From NCBI GenBank assembly GCA_965603825.1, contig CBFDEM010000021.1:744001-808000 (forward strand): a stretch of 64,000 nt of DNA, in the 5' to 3' direction. How positions within the stretch are numbered: the stretch's first letter is position 1; the number at the start of each line of letters is the position of its first letter. Shown here piece by piece: positions 13,289 to 25,338 of the stretch. The stretch is from Blepharisma stoltei ATCC 30299 (lineage: Eukaryota > Protista > Ciliophora). The notes beneath the pieces were generated by a model. The model worked only from the letters and a program-made list of their open reading frames with translations, searched no databases and was not told where the DNA came from. Position numbers and translations under genes: made by a program.

Positions 13289-14548
13289 CTAAATAGAAGG
13301 AAGAACCTTTCCTCTGGCCTCTCCAAATCCAACTACGAACCCATTTCCTTGGCAGCTTGCAGTAATGATTATTTCATCTCCATCTTCAATCCATACTCTA
13401 CTTTCACCATTTGGCAAAGTCATAGGCACTCTTCCTCCTTTATTAATTTCCATAAAGCACGCACACCCATTAATATTATCTTTTGAAGCAATAGCTCCAC
13501 TTCCATATATTTCTCCCACCTCAATATTAGCACCAGAGACCGTTAGATGAGCTAGTTGTTGAGATGGTGACCAATATAGATCGCACATATTTGATCTTGA
13601 AATCTTGAAAGGTTCGCTTAAAGACTCAGTCTTAATAAAAGTTTCAAAATTAATGTCATAGCCTGCATGATTTGGCTCTTGTAAATATTCAACAGGAATT
13701 GGATCTTGTGGCTCAAAGGGAGCTTTGAAAGGCTCCAAAGCGAATGGAGTTATAATCCATGGGGAAATGGTTGTTTGGAAATTTTTTCCTGTGAAAAGTC
13801 CAAAAGGGTTCATTTCCCATAAACATATTTCTCTGGCTGACCAGTCATTTAAAATGACATAACCAAATATATTTTCCTCAGCTGAAGATATACTGATCGG
13901 CTCCCCATTTTTGTTAGGTTTTCCACCTAAAAAAACTCCGAGCTCAACTTCATGGTCTAGTTTTTGGGTCGGACCATAAACGGGCTGGCTTAATTCACGA
14001 TTGAAAGATTGTCCTTTAGGCCTAATTAAAGGGGTTCCAGAAACAACAATTGAAGAGCTCTTCCCATGGTACCCCAGAGGCATTCGGGCCCAGTTTTCGT
14101 TGACTATATCGGCTGGATTTTTGCCTAAAATTGTATACATGTTTATCATGTGATTTTTACAAGACACAAAATCAGTGTAGCCATTAATTCTAACTGGAAT
14201 TGTGCTTTTGAATTGGCTAATACGCTTAGTGACTTCTTCAAGCAGCGCTAAATCATCTTTATAAGTTGAGTTTGTTGAAACAAATATACTTTGAATTCTT
14301 TCCCGAACCAATCTCCATATGTTTTTAGGCTCGGCCATAAAAGTGTTGAGAGCTGGATCTGAAAATAAAGGTTTAGATGAAATATCTGAAAAAACGCCTT
14401 TTTCTTCTAAAGCCTTTAAATCGATAATAAAATCACCTATACGGCTTACACATCTAGGCTCAGTTGAATCAGAAAAAATTCCAGCACCAAATGGAATATT
14501 TTGAATCGGGAAATGGCTTAAAGGATCAACTGGTAGAAATGATTCCAT
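13289..14548 (-). CDS. FAH: Fumarylacetoacetase-family hydrolase (divergent)
   Basis: ATG 14548; SHFPIQNIPFG, YTDF, GYHG.SS, LDHEVE, LNDWSAR, GKNFQT, DGDEI, GFGEARG. Confidence 0.9.
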   Translation of the reverse strand: MESFLPVDPLSHFPIQNIPFGAGIFSDSTEPRCVSRIGDFIIDLKALEEKGVFSDISSKPLFSDPALNTFMAEPKNIWRLVRERIQSIFVSTNSTYKDDLALLEEVTKRISQFKSTIPVRINGYTDFVSCKNHMINMYTILGKNPADIVNENWARMPLGYHGKSSSIVVSGTPLIRPKGQSFNRELSQPVYGPTQKLDHEVELGVFLGGKPNKNGEPISISSAEENIFGYVILNDWSAREICLWEMNPFGLFTGKNFQTTISPWIITPFALEPFKAPFEPQDPIPVEYLQEPNHAGYDINFETFIKTESLSEPFKISRSNMCDLYWSPSQQLAHLTVSGANIEVGEIYGSGAIASKDNINGCACFMEINKGGRVPMTLPNGESRVWIEDGDEIIITASCQGNGFVVGFGEARGKVLPSI

Positions 14549-16139
14549 TTTATTATTAAATCGAAATAATTCATCCACAAATTGGCTACTAGTAGTTATC
14601 GCTAATTATCCTACTTTGATTTTTATAATTATTGCAGTCATAAGCAAAACGGAGGCAAGATAATTTTGCATTAGCTTTTTTCTTAAAAGTTTATAAATAT
14701 TTGTATAAAAAGAATGAAGGTTTACTCAGGTATTATATTTTTAACTTTATAACAGGCTATTTTAGACTAATCGTTTTTGCCATATTTTCATACATTTATA
14801 AAGTAAGAAACCGAAAGTCGGCTATTTAGAAATTAAAGTTATTCTTGTGCCTTTACGCAAACAGTTTAAAATAGAATCTACCGAGCTTCTATAGTCACCT
14901 GAATTATTATACTTTATAATATAAGTATAGACTTGCTGGATATAAACGTTTTTAAAAATGCAGATTTCCTCAATAACAGTGATTTACTCAAGCTACTTGT
15001 AAGCTAATAATAAATTCTCTAAGATCTCTCGGCCTATAGGCATTTGCAAATCCAATAAAGCTTTTATGCTCTTTTTTCATATACATTGCAGTCTTCACTA
15101 AAAACTTATTATGATTTAGCATTAATAAGTCTTACTGTTGGACCCTAAGCTGCAGTAGCTCTCATAAGTTTTTTGAGGAGTTTAGATAGGAAACTTGCAA
15201 AAATTATGCAAAACTGCCAAAAAGGAAAACAAATGCTTTTTGGAATATCTGATCAAAATTTTGCAAATACATTTAACTTTTACTTACACTTTACATTTTT
15301 GTACGAGTTTTTATAAAAAAATTTGCTTTTTGCATTTTTGTACCATTTTGTAAATATCATTTTAAAAACCCTTTTAAATAGTGCCATCAAAAGCTGCTAA
15401 ATATTTCCTAAAACCATAATAGAAAACATTGGGTCCACCCTATCAAATACCATCGCTAGAGTTTTCTTCATTTCATTTATCGCTTTATCAGAACCTTGTA
15501 GTGCATTTTAGACTTCGGCTTTATTTCTTGTCTCAACTGAATTATAAAATACCGAAAATATTTCAATTATTAAGCTGCCATATTTTCAATGCAAGTAGCA
15601 CAATAGTAAAAGTAAGTTTCATCACTAGTCTCCGAAAAAGTAAATAAGCTGCCAACGTTATCAGGATGAAACCTTACTTATGGATCCTTTAATTTTCAGT
15701 TTTGAAAATGAGTGGTATACATCGAAAATATTGCGGCACTATCCAATTGCTTGCTAACCTCCCAGAAGGAAATTTTAAATAAAGGAGGGTCTGAGTGTCA
15801 GTAATATACTGAATTTATAAAGGCGTGGAGTGACGTTGCAAGCTCTAATTCATTGATATCATCATATATTGCTGATGGCTCAAATTTTGGAAATTCCCTT
15901 ATTTAGTTTATGAAGTTGGAAGATTAGAAGGAAGGCTTTTCACTAATTTATAGTAAGGAATAAGTGACAGAAATTTTAGAAAAGCTTGAGGTTGATTCTT
16001 GTAAATAATAAAATAGTTAAAATTATTTTAATTATTGCTATTATCAAAAATATATATCGATTTTTTGAGATTTATTAATAAATTAACTAAAGCGTTTGAT
16101 ATCCTCTTCTCTGCTAATTTACCTATTTTTGCACTAAAA

Positions 16140-17360
16140 ATGTCAAATTGGAATCTCCATCCTTCTACCCGTTCTGTCAATTCTAAAAATCCGATTAAGG
16201 AAGCAATTGCAGATGTTCCTCTCCCAGAGAATTTCCATCTTCCAACTTACTCTTTAGCTCTCGGAGACCCTACAGCATTTCCAGAGTTTTCTGTACATCC
16301 ATTAGTAATCAAGCTGGTAGAAGAAAATCTTCTCTCTGGATCTGGCAATGGATATACCCATGCTTTGGGGCCAAAGGAAGCCAGAGAAGCCTTAGCTGCA
16401 AAATACTCCTATGAAAATATCCAGCTAACCTGAGAAGATGTTTTCTTAGATGTCGGAGGATGTGGGGCCATTCATACAGCTATGAGTGTATTCTTGAACC
16501 CTGGGGATAATATATTAATCCCAGCTCCTGGGTTTCCTTTATATATGACTGTCGCTTGGAATTTAAACGCAGAAGCAAGATGCTACAGATTGAAGCCTGA
16601 CCAAGGCTGAGAAGTTGATTTTGAAAGTTTAGAAAGGATTGTTGACGAGAGAACCAAACTGCTGGTCATTGTGAATCCATCAAATCCTTGTGGAAGTGTT
16701 TGAACTCGTGAACACCTTCTAGAAATTCTTGAATGGTGTAGAGCTCACAAAGTGTGTGTGCTAGCTGATGAAGTGTATCATGGAATGACATATGGGAAAC
16801 CTCATTATCCAATGGGATCTTTGACTGATGAAGTTCCTGTTATAACAATTGGAGCATTAAGCAAAATCTTTTTAGTTCCAGGATGGAGGTGTGGATGGAT
16901 TATTGTTTATGATAAATATAAGAAATGCACAGATATAAAGGAAGGAATTTTTAAAATAAAAAATCTCCTGCTGCATGGAGTTCCATTCATTGCTAATGCA
17001 ATACCTAGACTTTTTGCTGAAATGCCTGAAAATTATATGAGTGAACTAATGCAAAAAGTTAAAGACAGAGCTGAATTTGTATATGAGAAAGTTCAGGAAA
17101 TTCCAGGATTAGCAATGCAAATGCCTGAAGGATCACTCTATTGTATGATTTCAATTGAAACTGAGAAATTCGAAGATATCAGAAATTCAGTCGATTTCAC
17201 TGAAAAGCTTGCTCGGGAACAAGGAATTCTGGTGCTTCCCGCTGAAGCTTTAATGAGTGAAAAATCCTTCAGGATTGTGCTATGCTCACAGTTATCAATT
17301 CTTGAAGATGCAATGGGTAGAATTAAAGAATTCGTAAGTTTTCATCTAAAATCTAATTAA
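16140..17360 (+). CDS. TAT: Tyrosine aminotransferase-like PLP enzyme (class I)
   Basis: NPIK, LGDP, NGY, PGFPLY, PDQGWEVD (TGA=W), [17 protein letters not shown]-lysine motif [23 protein letters not shown] at 16431, 16608 and 16701. Confidence 0.92.
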
Positions 17361-17799
17361 TCTTATAAATCGCTGACTAACTGATAGCACGCGAACCAAT
17401 TTATATAGTATTGGCAGTAAAATATTGAGAAATCTTAGTTTTATAGGCAAAAATATAATTCGGGAAGCGGCTTAAGATAAAAAAGCACAATCCAAGTTGA
17501 TTAGCTAAAAATTTTTTGCAATATTAAAGTATCATTATGCTGATAGCTGCAACTAACCTTATTTTTATATTATTAAATAACAAAATGCAATTAAAAAATA
17601 ATCTTAAATCCTGCTTAATCAAAGGACACGGATTAAGCAATAAATATGAATATAATAAATAATAAATAAATTGAGCCTTGCCATATTAACAAAGAATTGA
17701 TACAACTTAGTAAATTCTATTAATAAATTACGCGTAATAGTCTAAATTTAATAAATTCTATTACTAAAAAAGAAAAATAAGTTATAATTATTTCCAAAA

Positions 17800-19299
17800 A
17801 TGGGCTGTTTTTCTAGTTCAGGAAGACACACTCTTCCTAAAAGTGAAGCAAGCAACACACCATCTCAAGTCGTCCATACAAAAGAGGACATTAAGATTGA
17901 TGCATCTATGTTTGTCGGCCACCGAAGTGGTCAAGTTTTGGAGCACTATAAAATTGGTCAAAAAATCGGCTCCGGTGCTTTTGGCTGTGTGAGAATTGGC
18001 ACTCATATCGCAACAGGCCAAAAAAGAGCAATTAAAACGATTCACAAAGAAAGCATCAGCGAAGACCTCACCGAAAGAGCAAAATTTTTCACAGAAGTTG
18101 ACATTCTCCGAAGAGCCGATCACCCAAACATCGTTAAACTGTATGAGTTCTACGAGGACGAAAAGTATTTTCACATCGTCACCGAATTTCTCCAAGGAGG
18201 AGAACTATTCGATTATATCATCAAAAATAAGATGCTTTCTGAAAGAGCTGCAGCTATATTTATGCGACAAATTTTAAGTGCAGTCGCTTACTGCCATTTG
18301 AACAATATTGTGCATAGAGACTTAAAACCAGAAAATTTATTGCTCGAAAACGACGCTCCACAGCCAAATTTAAAAGTAATTGACTTTGGGACGTGTGCAA
18401 TTTTTGACCCTTCTCGTCATATGACAAAAAAATATGGGACTGCTTATTATATTGCTCCAGAAGTTTTGAGAAAGGACTACGATGAGAAATGCGATATTTG
18501 GAGCTGTGGAGTTATTTTGTATATTTTACTGAGTGGGAAGCCACCGTTTTATGGGAGAACTGACAGAGATATATTGAAAATGGTAGAAAAAGGGGAATAT
18601 TCCATGCGAGGGACGATTTGAACAACAATTTCACAAGGAGCTAAACATCTTATAAGCAGAATGCTGGATTATAACCCTAAAAATCGAATTTCTGCAAGGG
18701 AAGCTTTAATGGATGACTGACTTGCACAGAACTGTGCAGTTAGCCCTTCAGCGCAATCAATCCCTTTGGCATCTTTAGACAACTTAAAAGCTTTTAGGGC
18801 TGAGCAAAAGCTTCAACATGCTGTTTTAACATTTATTGCTTCTCAATTATTACAGAATGAAGACTCCAAACAACTCTCTGAAGCATTCAGAAATTTAGAC
18901 AAAAATGGAGATGGGAAAATTAGTAGAGAAGAACTGCTTGAAGTTTATTCTGGAATGATGGGGCTAGAAGCTGCTAGTGAAGAAGTTGAAAAAATTATGC
19001 GGCAGGTAGATGCCAATGGGTCAGGGTATATTGATTATACTGAGTTTATTATGGCAACTGCTCAGAAGGAAAAAATGATAAATCAAATGAACTTAGAAGC
19101 AGCATTTAAAGTGTTTGATAGCGATGGCAGTGGGAAAATATCAGCGCAGGAGCTGAAAGCACTACTGGGAAGCGGAGGTGGTGAAAATGAAACTATTTGG
19201 TGCGAATTGATTAAGGATGTTGATCAGAATGGGGACGGAGAAATTGATATTAATGAATTTAAAGCAATGATGATGAGCCTTGTAGAGAGCCATAAGTAA
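17800..19299 (+). CDS. Calcium-dependent protein kinase (CDPK), N-acylated
   Basis: MGCFSS; GSGAFG, RAIK, alphaC Glu, HRDLKPEN, DFG, APE; junction region and four EF hands. TGA=Trp at 18619 and 18718. Confidence 0.95.
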
Positions 19300-19443
19300 T
19301 GCGTATAATTTAATATTTGTGTAATAATTATCTTGCTATTTATACAACACTTATATTAATATGCTATAACTGACTGAAGCAAATAAAAAGCGAAAATAAG
19401 ATTTAATTAGTTCTGTTTACTTATTAAGTATAAGTGATTTAAT

Positions 19444-19731
19444 ATGGGAAGCATTTTGAAATTCTTTGCAATCTTTTCTATTTTCAGTATTCTGTTTTTG
19501 GTAAGCAACATGTAGATTGGGCTTGGAATCGCACTAGTATGTGACTATGAATATATACCATTAGATAATAAAAGAGAAGGGGGAGAAACTTGTTTTTGGG
19601 CAGCTTTTATCTATGCATGCATATTTATTCTCATTCTTATCATCATTTTCATAAAGAGGCATCGATCTCGTAGAAGCCTAACTAAATTTGTAGAAGAGCA
19701 AGAATCAAGATCTCAATTTAAGCTTGTGTAA
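19444..19731 (+). CDS. RNASEK / V-ATPase subunit f-like two-TM protein
   Basis: After removing intron 19501-19515, 90 aa: MGSILKFFAIFSIFSILFLIGLGIALV...ETCFWAAFIYACIFILILIIIF. The CFxAAxxY motif is characteristic of RNASEK. Confidence 0.78.
19501..19515 (+). other. 15-nt intron
   Basis: gtaagcaacatgtag; ends in an in-frame TAG; A at -6. Confidence 0.88.
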
Positions 19732-19864
19732 CTCAGTGCTTCTTGATAAATTTCTACGTTAATAGAGTTTGTCTTATTTCACGAATTCAGTTAGGGATTT
19801 TCTAAGGTGTTATTAAGTATTAAATTTGCATTTAAAATTCTAATAATTCACCAATTGATACAAG

Positions 19865-20497
19865 ATGGGTTGCCTACTCGGAGGATCACAAAACGAAGGC
19901 CAACCATCAAGAGTAAACAAAGACGACAAAGCAATTGCTGAGCTCAAAATCACTCGAGATAAAGTCAAAACTTATCAAAGGAAGCTCGAAACCAACATTG
20001 AGCACTGCAAACAGGCAGTCAAACAATGCATCAAAAAAAAGAATAAAGACCGAGCACTTCTTGCTTTAAGAAAGCAGAAATTCCTTGATAAAAATCTAGA
20101 AACCACTCGAGGAGAACTTCTAACCCTTGAAGTTCTCATTAATGATATTGAAAATGCCCAGATTCAGAAAAATATTTATGACTCATTAAAGAAAGGGAAT
20201 GAATTTTTACAAAATATAAATCAGCAGCTTACCTTGGATGACGTTGAAAAACTAATGGAAGAAACTTTTGAGGCAGTAGAGTACCAACAAAAAGTTAGTG
20301 AAGCATTGTCTCAACAAGGACTGAAACAAGATGATAAGGACTTATTGAAAGAACTTGAAAGGCTGGACAGCTTGGAAGCTTTAGAAGTTGACCTTCCAAA
20401 TGCTCCTACCAATAAACTGCAGCAAATGGATATTGAAGGCCCTGAAAAAGAAGAGCGAAAAGTATCTTCAAAACGCCAACAAGTTTTATTAGCTTAG
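19865..20497 (+). CDS. VPS20: ESCRT-III subunit Vps20/CHMP6
   Basis: MG myristoylation start; DKAIAELKITRDK..YQRK; KDRALLALRKQK; SLKKGNEFL; VEKLMEET..EYQ; LPNAPT. Confidence 0.9.
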   Translation: MGCLLGGSQNEGQPSRVNKDDKAIAELKITRDKVKTYQRKLETNIEHCKQAVKQCIKKKNKDRALLALRKQKFLDKNLETTRGELLTLEVLINDIENAQIQKNIYDSLKKGNEFLQNINQQLTLDDVEKLMEETFEAVEYQQKVSEALSQQGLKQDDKDLLKELERLDSLEALEVDLPNAPTNKLQQMDIEGPEKEERKVSSKRQQVLLA

Positions 20498-20637
20498 AGA
20501 TAGTGCTGGTAAATAATTTTATATAAATTGGCAATTCTATAAGTAAGTTTTATTTATTATCCAAATTAAATTGATTCTTCTTAATGATAAGGCTTTCTCA
20601 AATTATCAAGAAGTAAGTTTCTTCTGAAATTTGAAAA

Positions 20638-21618
20638 ATGGCTTACAACTTTGATGAAATAGGAACAAGGAGCACAGTGGCAGTATCAGTTTTCCTTCTT
20701 TCTCTTTCAAGCCTTTTCACTCTGATTCATATAAAAAATCACTGTATTAGCCTCAAATATGCTGAAGCTCAGATACTGATTCTTGCACTTGCTTTAACTC
20801 CATCTGTGATAGGATGGTGCTCATGAATTACTATAGTTCTTGGCCCGGATTGGGCACAACTTGATTTAATAGGAATCAGCTACATGTCAATTGCAGCTTT
20901 ATCATTTTTCTACTACACTTTGAAACTTTTTGGCTGGGAAGCTAATCCGGGATTCAATGTATATAGATATGGGAAAATTCAGCATAGACTTATTTCACTA
21001 GGGAGTATTAAAAGCGTCTTTATATGAATGGGATCAATGAGAATTGGAAATTGCAGTGAAGCAATGGGATATTTGAACCTTGTGAAGCTCGGAGTTTTTC
21101 AATTTGCTTTTGTTTTGGCTGGAATCGGGATTGCAGGTGTTATTATTCAATTTGCTGATAGTGAGCTTATGGATTATGGAAACCCAGACATTTATCATGC
21201 GTGGTTATGGCTAAGAGTGGCTGAGGCAGCAAGTGCTTTAATCGCCTTTTTGGTGCTGCATAGTTGAAAACAAACAATGAAAAGAATTGAAGACTTGTCA
21301 AAACTAAAAATCGACTCAAAGTTCCAAGTCATCGCATGGTGCCTTTTACTTCCTTCTATTCAGCCAATTCCTATGGCTTTGCTATCAAAGTATGGGATTA
21401 TTGCTGATAGCGACGCTAATTCAGTGAAAGAAGTCACAGTTTTTACTCACAATTTTCTTCTAATAATAGAAATGATTGCAGCAGGAATTCTCCAAGTTGT
21501 TTCATTCCAACCTGAAGAATTTTATGTAGAAGAAGTATCGACAGAGCTAGAAGACAAAAACGAGAACAAATATTTAGAAGAAACGACTCCAAATGTAACA
21601 CTAAGAATAATGGATTAA
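20638..21618 (+). CDS. TMEM184/OST-alpha family membrane protein
   Basis: Continuous frame with TGA=Trp at 20824, 21025 and 21265; ~7 hydrophobic segments; VKLGVFQF, SKFQVI, HNFLLIIEM..SFQPEEF. Confidence 0.75.
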
Positions 21619-21723
21619 TCTTAATTATATATAAAACTGGGCTATATCTTATATTTTTAAGCCTTACTAAAATATCCCAATGAGTTAAGTCTGAATTTTC
21701 ATATGAAATTTAACAGTTATTAA

Positions 21724-22041
21724 ATGGAGATCACTACACCTGCTGAGTACAAGAAGGCAACCCAAGGAAAAAGCGTCAACAAATTCTGTGACATGCAGGC
21801 GGAAATGGGAGCAGAAGCACTCGATATCGTCACATCCACAATAGAAAAGTTCACAAAATCTGAAGTCCTAGAAGTTGACAATGCGACCCGCTTTATTAAA
21901 GACCTAATGGATAAGCAGTTCGGCCCATCCTGGCACTGCGTAGTAGGAGAAGGCTACTCTTTCGACATCACAGCCCAAAAGCAGAATCTGCTCTACGTTT
22001 ACTATACAGGTTCCCTTGCAATACTTTTATGGAAATCTTAA
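21724..22041 (+). CDS. DNAL4: Dynein light chain, LC8 family (DNAL4/LC10-like)
   Basis: CDMQAEM, IKDLMDKQFGPSWHCVVGEGYSFDIT, LLYVYYTGSLAILLWK. Confidence 0.88.
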   Translation: MEITTPAEYKKATQGKSVNKFCDMQAEMGAEALDIVTSTIEKFTKSEVLEVDNATRFIKDLMDKQFGPSWHCVVGEGYSFDITAQKQNLLYVYYTGSLAILLWKS

Positions 22042-22048
22042 ACATAAT

Positions 22049-23497
22049 TTAACTTGAATAATCAAAACTAACATTAATATTCAGCTCACGCGTTACAGCA
22101 GGTCTTGGTCTTGAAGCTTTAATCTTTTCTAGTTCTTCAAGAACTGAAATTAGCCCCAATCTCTGATTATCTACATCTCTCTTGAACGTAAACCCTACAA
22201 AGTTAGGGTCTTGCCTTGCCTTTTTCTTTCTCATTGGCAAGTTTGGGTAGAATGGCTCAGTTTCTTCATGCTTATCGAAGTTGCTGGTATCAATCTCGTT
22301 TTCTATATTTGGGACCATCGGAGGAGTCATTTCTCTTATGTGATCCCAGTCAAACCCCCGAAAAAAAGGATGCCGCTTTATTTCTTCAACTCCTCGGTTG
22401 CCTAGCCGAGTTTCGGATGGCGCGATTAGTCTTCTTATGAAATCAGATAATGCTGGCGACAGTCTTGCTTCAGCAGGGATAGTGAAGTGTTTTTGCCACG
22501 ATACAATTTTTTGGCATGTATCAGCTGGCTCCTCAGAAAAGAAAGGTGGGTATCCTACAACCATTTCAAATAGAATCACGCCGATTGACCACCAGTCGAC
22601 AGTTTCACAGTAGCCTTCCTTGTGGAAAACTTCAGGCGCGATATAGTCAGGGGTTCCTACAGTTGAGTAGGCCAGCTTTCTGTTCCTTCTGGACTCTGCA
22701 CGCTTCTCCATAAGTTTTTTGTACTGTACTTCATCAATGTCAAGAGTTTCCCTATCCGTTAAAGGATTAATTTCAATGTGTTTTGATAGGCCAAAATCAG
22801 TCAGCTTGACATGTCCTGTTGCGTCAATTAAAATATTGTCAGGCTTTAGGTCCCGATGAATGTAGTTTAGCTTATGAGTAGAGTCAACAGCAAGAATTGC
22901 TTCAGCAATGTAAAATCTTGCTTCCTCTTCAGTAAACACATTTTTGCGTATTAGCAAAGTCATAAGGTCTCCTCCAGGGAGATATTCCATGACTAAATAC
23001 AAATATTTTTCATCTTGGAATGAATATTTCAGCTGCACTACTCACGGGTTATTGGCTAAAGCCATCACATCTCGCTCAGCTCTTATGTGCTTTATTTGGT
23101 TTTTAAAAACTAGGTCAGACTTGCTCATTTTTTTCATAGCTGCTATTTCTCCAGTGTTAGTATTCCTGACAAGTCTCACTTCTCCAAAAGCTCCTTTACC
23201 AATGATTGCTAAAGGTTCAAAGTCAAATACACTAATTTTTTGTCGCTTTTTCCTTAGCAGTTCAGCTTCTTTATGCTGGATTTCTTGAGTAATGAGTTGT
23301 TTATCTGTATTAGATAGATTCATCTCATTCATTCGTTCTCTGAGCGTGGTTCATTCTTCTTGCTTTTCTTCTTGCATCTTTTTCAATCTTAAAAATTTCC
23401 TCTCAATGTACTCTTTAGCAGCTTGAGCTCTTTCCAAAGTGTTTTGGGAAATAGGCTCTTTGTTTGATTTTCTCAAAGGATTTGGCTTATTTGACAT
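22049..23497 (-). CDS. NDR/LATS-family AGC kinase
   Basis: ATG 23497; N-terminal MOB-binding region (AAKEYIE..ELLRKKR); GKGAFGEV; AERDV; NPW (TGA); HRDLKPDN; DFG; LAYSTVGTPDYIAPE; hydrophobic motif FVGFTF. Confidence 0.94.
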
Positions 23498-23642
23498 TTA
23501 AATTTTCCAATACAAAAATGACGAAATTAATTATAAGCACTTGAAATCTTTAAGATCAGAAGAAATCCAGATTTTAATTAATTTATAATAATGCCATACT
23601 CTAATAAAAAATATAAATAGACTGACATATCTAATTGGTTCG

Positions 23643-25049
23643 TTAGAATCTAAATGAATTTAATCTTCTTTGGCTCATGAGTTCAATAAACTCATTGAAA
23701 TCAATTTCTCCATCACAATTAGTGTCAGCCTCTCGTATGATGTCATCCCAAATACCGCTATAAGCATCAGCTCTTTCTTTTCCGAGGATTCTACTCAACT
23801 CTCAAGCTGAAATTTTTCCACTCCCATCAAGGTCAAAAGTTTTGAATGCCGAGTAAAGCCTATCTTCTTGCATGTAAATGCTTCTGTCAAGTGTAGCTGC
23901 TAAGAACTCTGAGTAGTCAATAGCTCCACTTTTATCAACATCAAGTCCTCTCATTATTTCAGATACACTTGAAGAAATTCCTGGGATTGTATTCAACCCT
24001 CTTTCAAGCTCTTCAATAGTTAAGGATCCATCTCCATTCGTATCAAGCTTTGCGAAAGCGTCTTTTAGGCCTCTTAAGTCAGCATCAGAGCATTGGGAGG
24101 CTATACACATGAGAATGGCTTTTTTCAGTCTATTTCCTTCAACAAAATCTCTCAAGTTTTCCAATCTGAGACACAAAGGCCGATCAGGCAATATGTTATT
24201 TGATGTAATTCAAGGGTGAGCCAACGCTTCTTCTGCAGTATATCTTTGATTAGGATTTAAAACAAGTAAATTTCTTATAAGATCCTTCGCTTGCTCTGAG
24301 ACGTAGTCCCATTCTCTTCCCTCAAAATCATATCTCCCATTTTGAACTTTTTCCATAACTCCTGCATCTGTTCTGTCATAGAATGGGGGATATCCACACA
24401 GCATTATATATAAAATCACTCCACAGCTTCACAAATCGCAACTTTTTTCATAGCCTGCTCTCGATAAAATTTCAGGAGCAGCATAAAAGCATGTTCCTGT
24501 CCGTGTGGGAAAAGCTTCTGATCCAGCTGAAAATATTTTCGCTAATCCGAAATTACAAAGTTTTAAATCAGAGCCTTGATAAGGGTTTTCTCCAAAAAGG
24601 AGAATTTCTGGCTTTAAATCACGGTGAACAATATCGTTAGAATGCAGATAACGAACCAAATTGAGAATTTGGTGGAATAAATGAGCAGCTTCTCTTTCAT
24701 TCAATTGTTTATTTTCGATAAGGTAATTAAAAAGTTCGCCACCAGAGCAGAATTCCATAACCAGGTAAATATAGAGGTTATCTTCGAAGACTTCATATAG
24801 CTTTACAATGTTGGGATGATCTGAATTTTTCATAATTGAAATTTTTTGCTCAAATCTTTGATTATCCTTAATTCGTGATTTGAGGACCTGCTTAATTGCT
24901 CTCTCTTGGCTTGTTACTTGATGGATGCCAAGATAAACGCTACCGTTCGAGCCATCTCCGAGTTTTCGAACAAAATTATATTCATCTCTGACATCGCCAT
25001 GGGATGAAATGACAAAGAATGATTTCTTTACAACTAGGCCTTGATTCAT
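23643..25049 (-). CDS. CDPK-like pseudokinase with four EF hands
   Basis: Frame intact through TGA=Trp at 24429, 24210 and 23802 to TAA at 23643. The alphaC Glu is K, the catalytic loop reads HRDLKPEI and DFG reads NFG. EF loops DTNGDG, DVDKSG, DLDGSG, DTNCDG. Confidence 0.88.
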
Positions 25050-25338
25050 TAATTACCACGAAAAAATGGATTAGAGATCCAATTTTCTTCAAAATGAATT
25101 ATTGTTGGAACATTACCATTGTCTATAAATGTGCATCTGAAGCTTAATAAAAATTATTTTATTTTTAAATACAAAATATTTTTTAAGATTAGGAAGTAAA
25201 TTAGTAATAAAATGCTTTACGGAAAATTCTTGCTTCCTCTAAAATTCATGATTTGCTCTTCCTTGTTAGAATTTATTAAATAAAAATTTTTTATAATTCA
25301 TTTTGAAATTAAGAAAATTTATTTAGGGGGCTCAACAT

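Noticed and set aside
15429-15647. 72-aa ORF from the track
   Set aside because: TTG start, intergenic composition, no motif.
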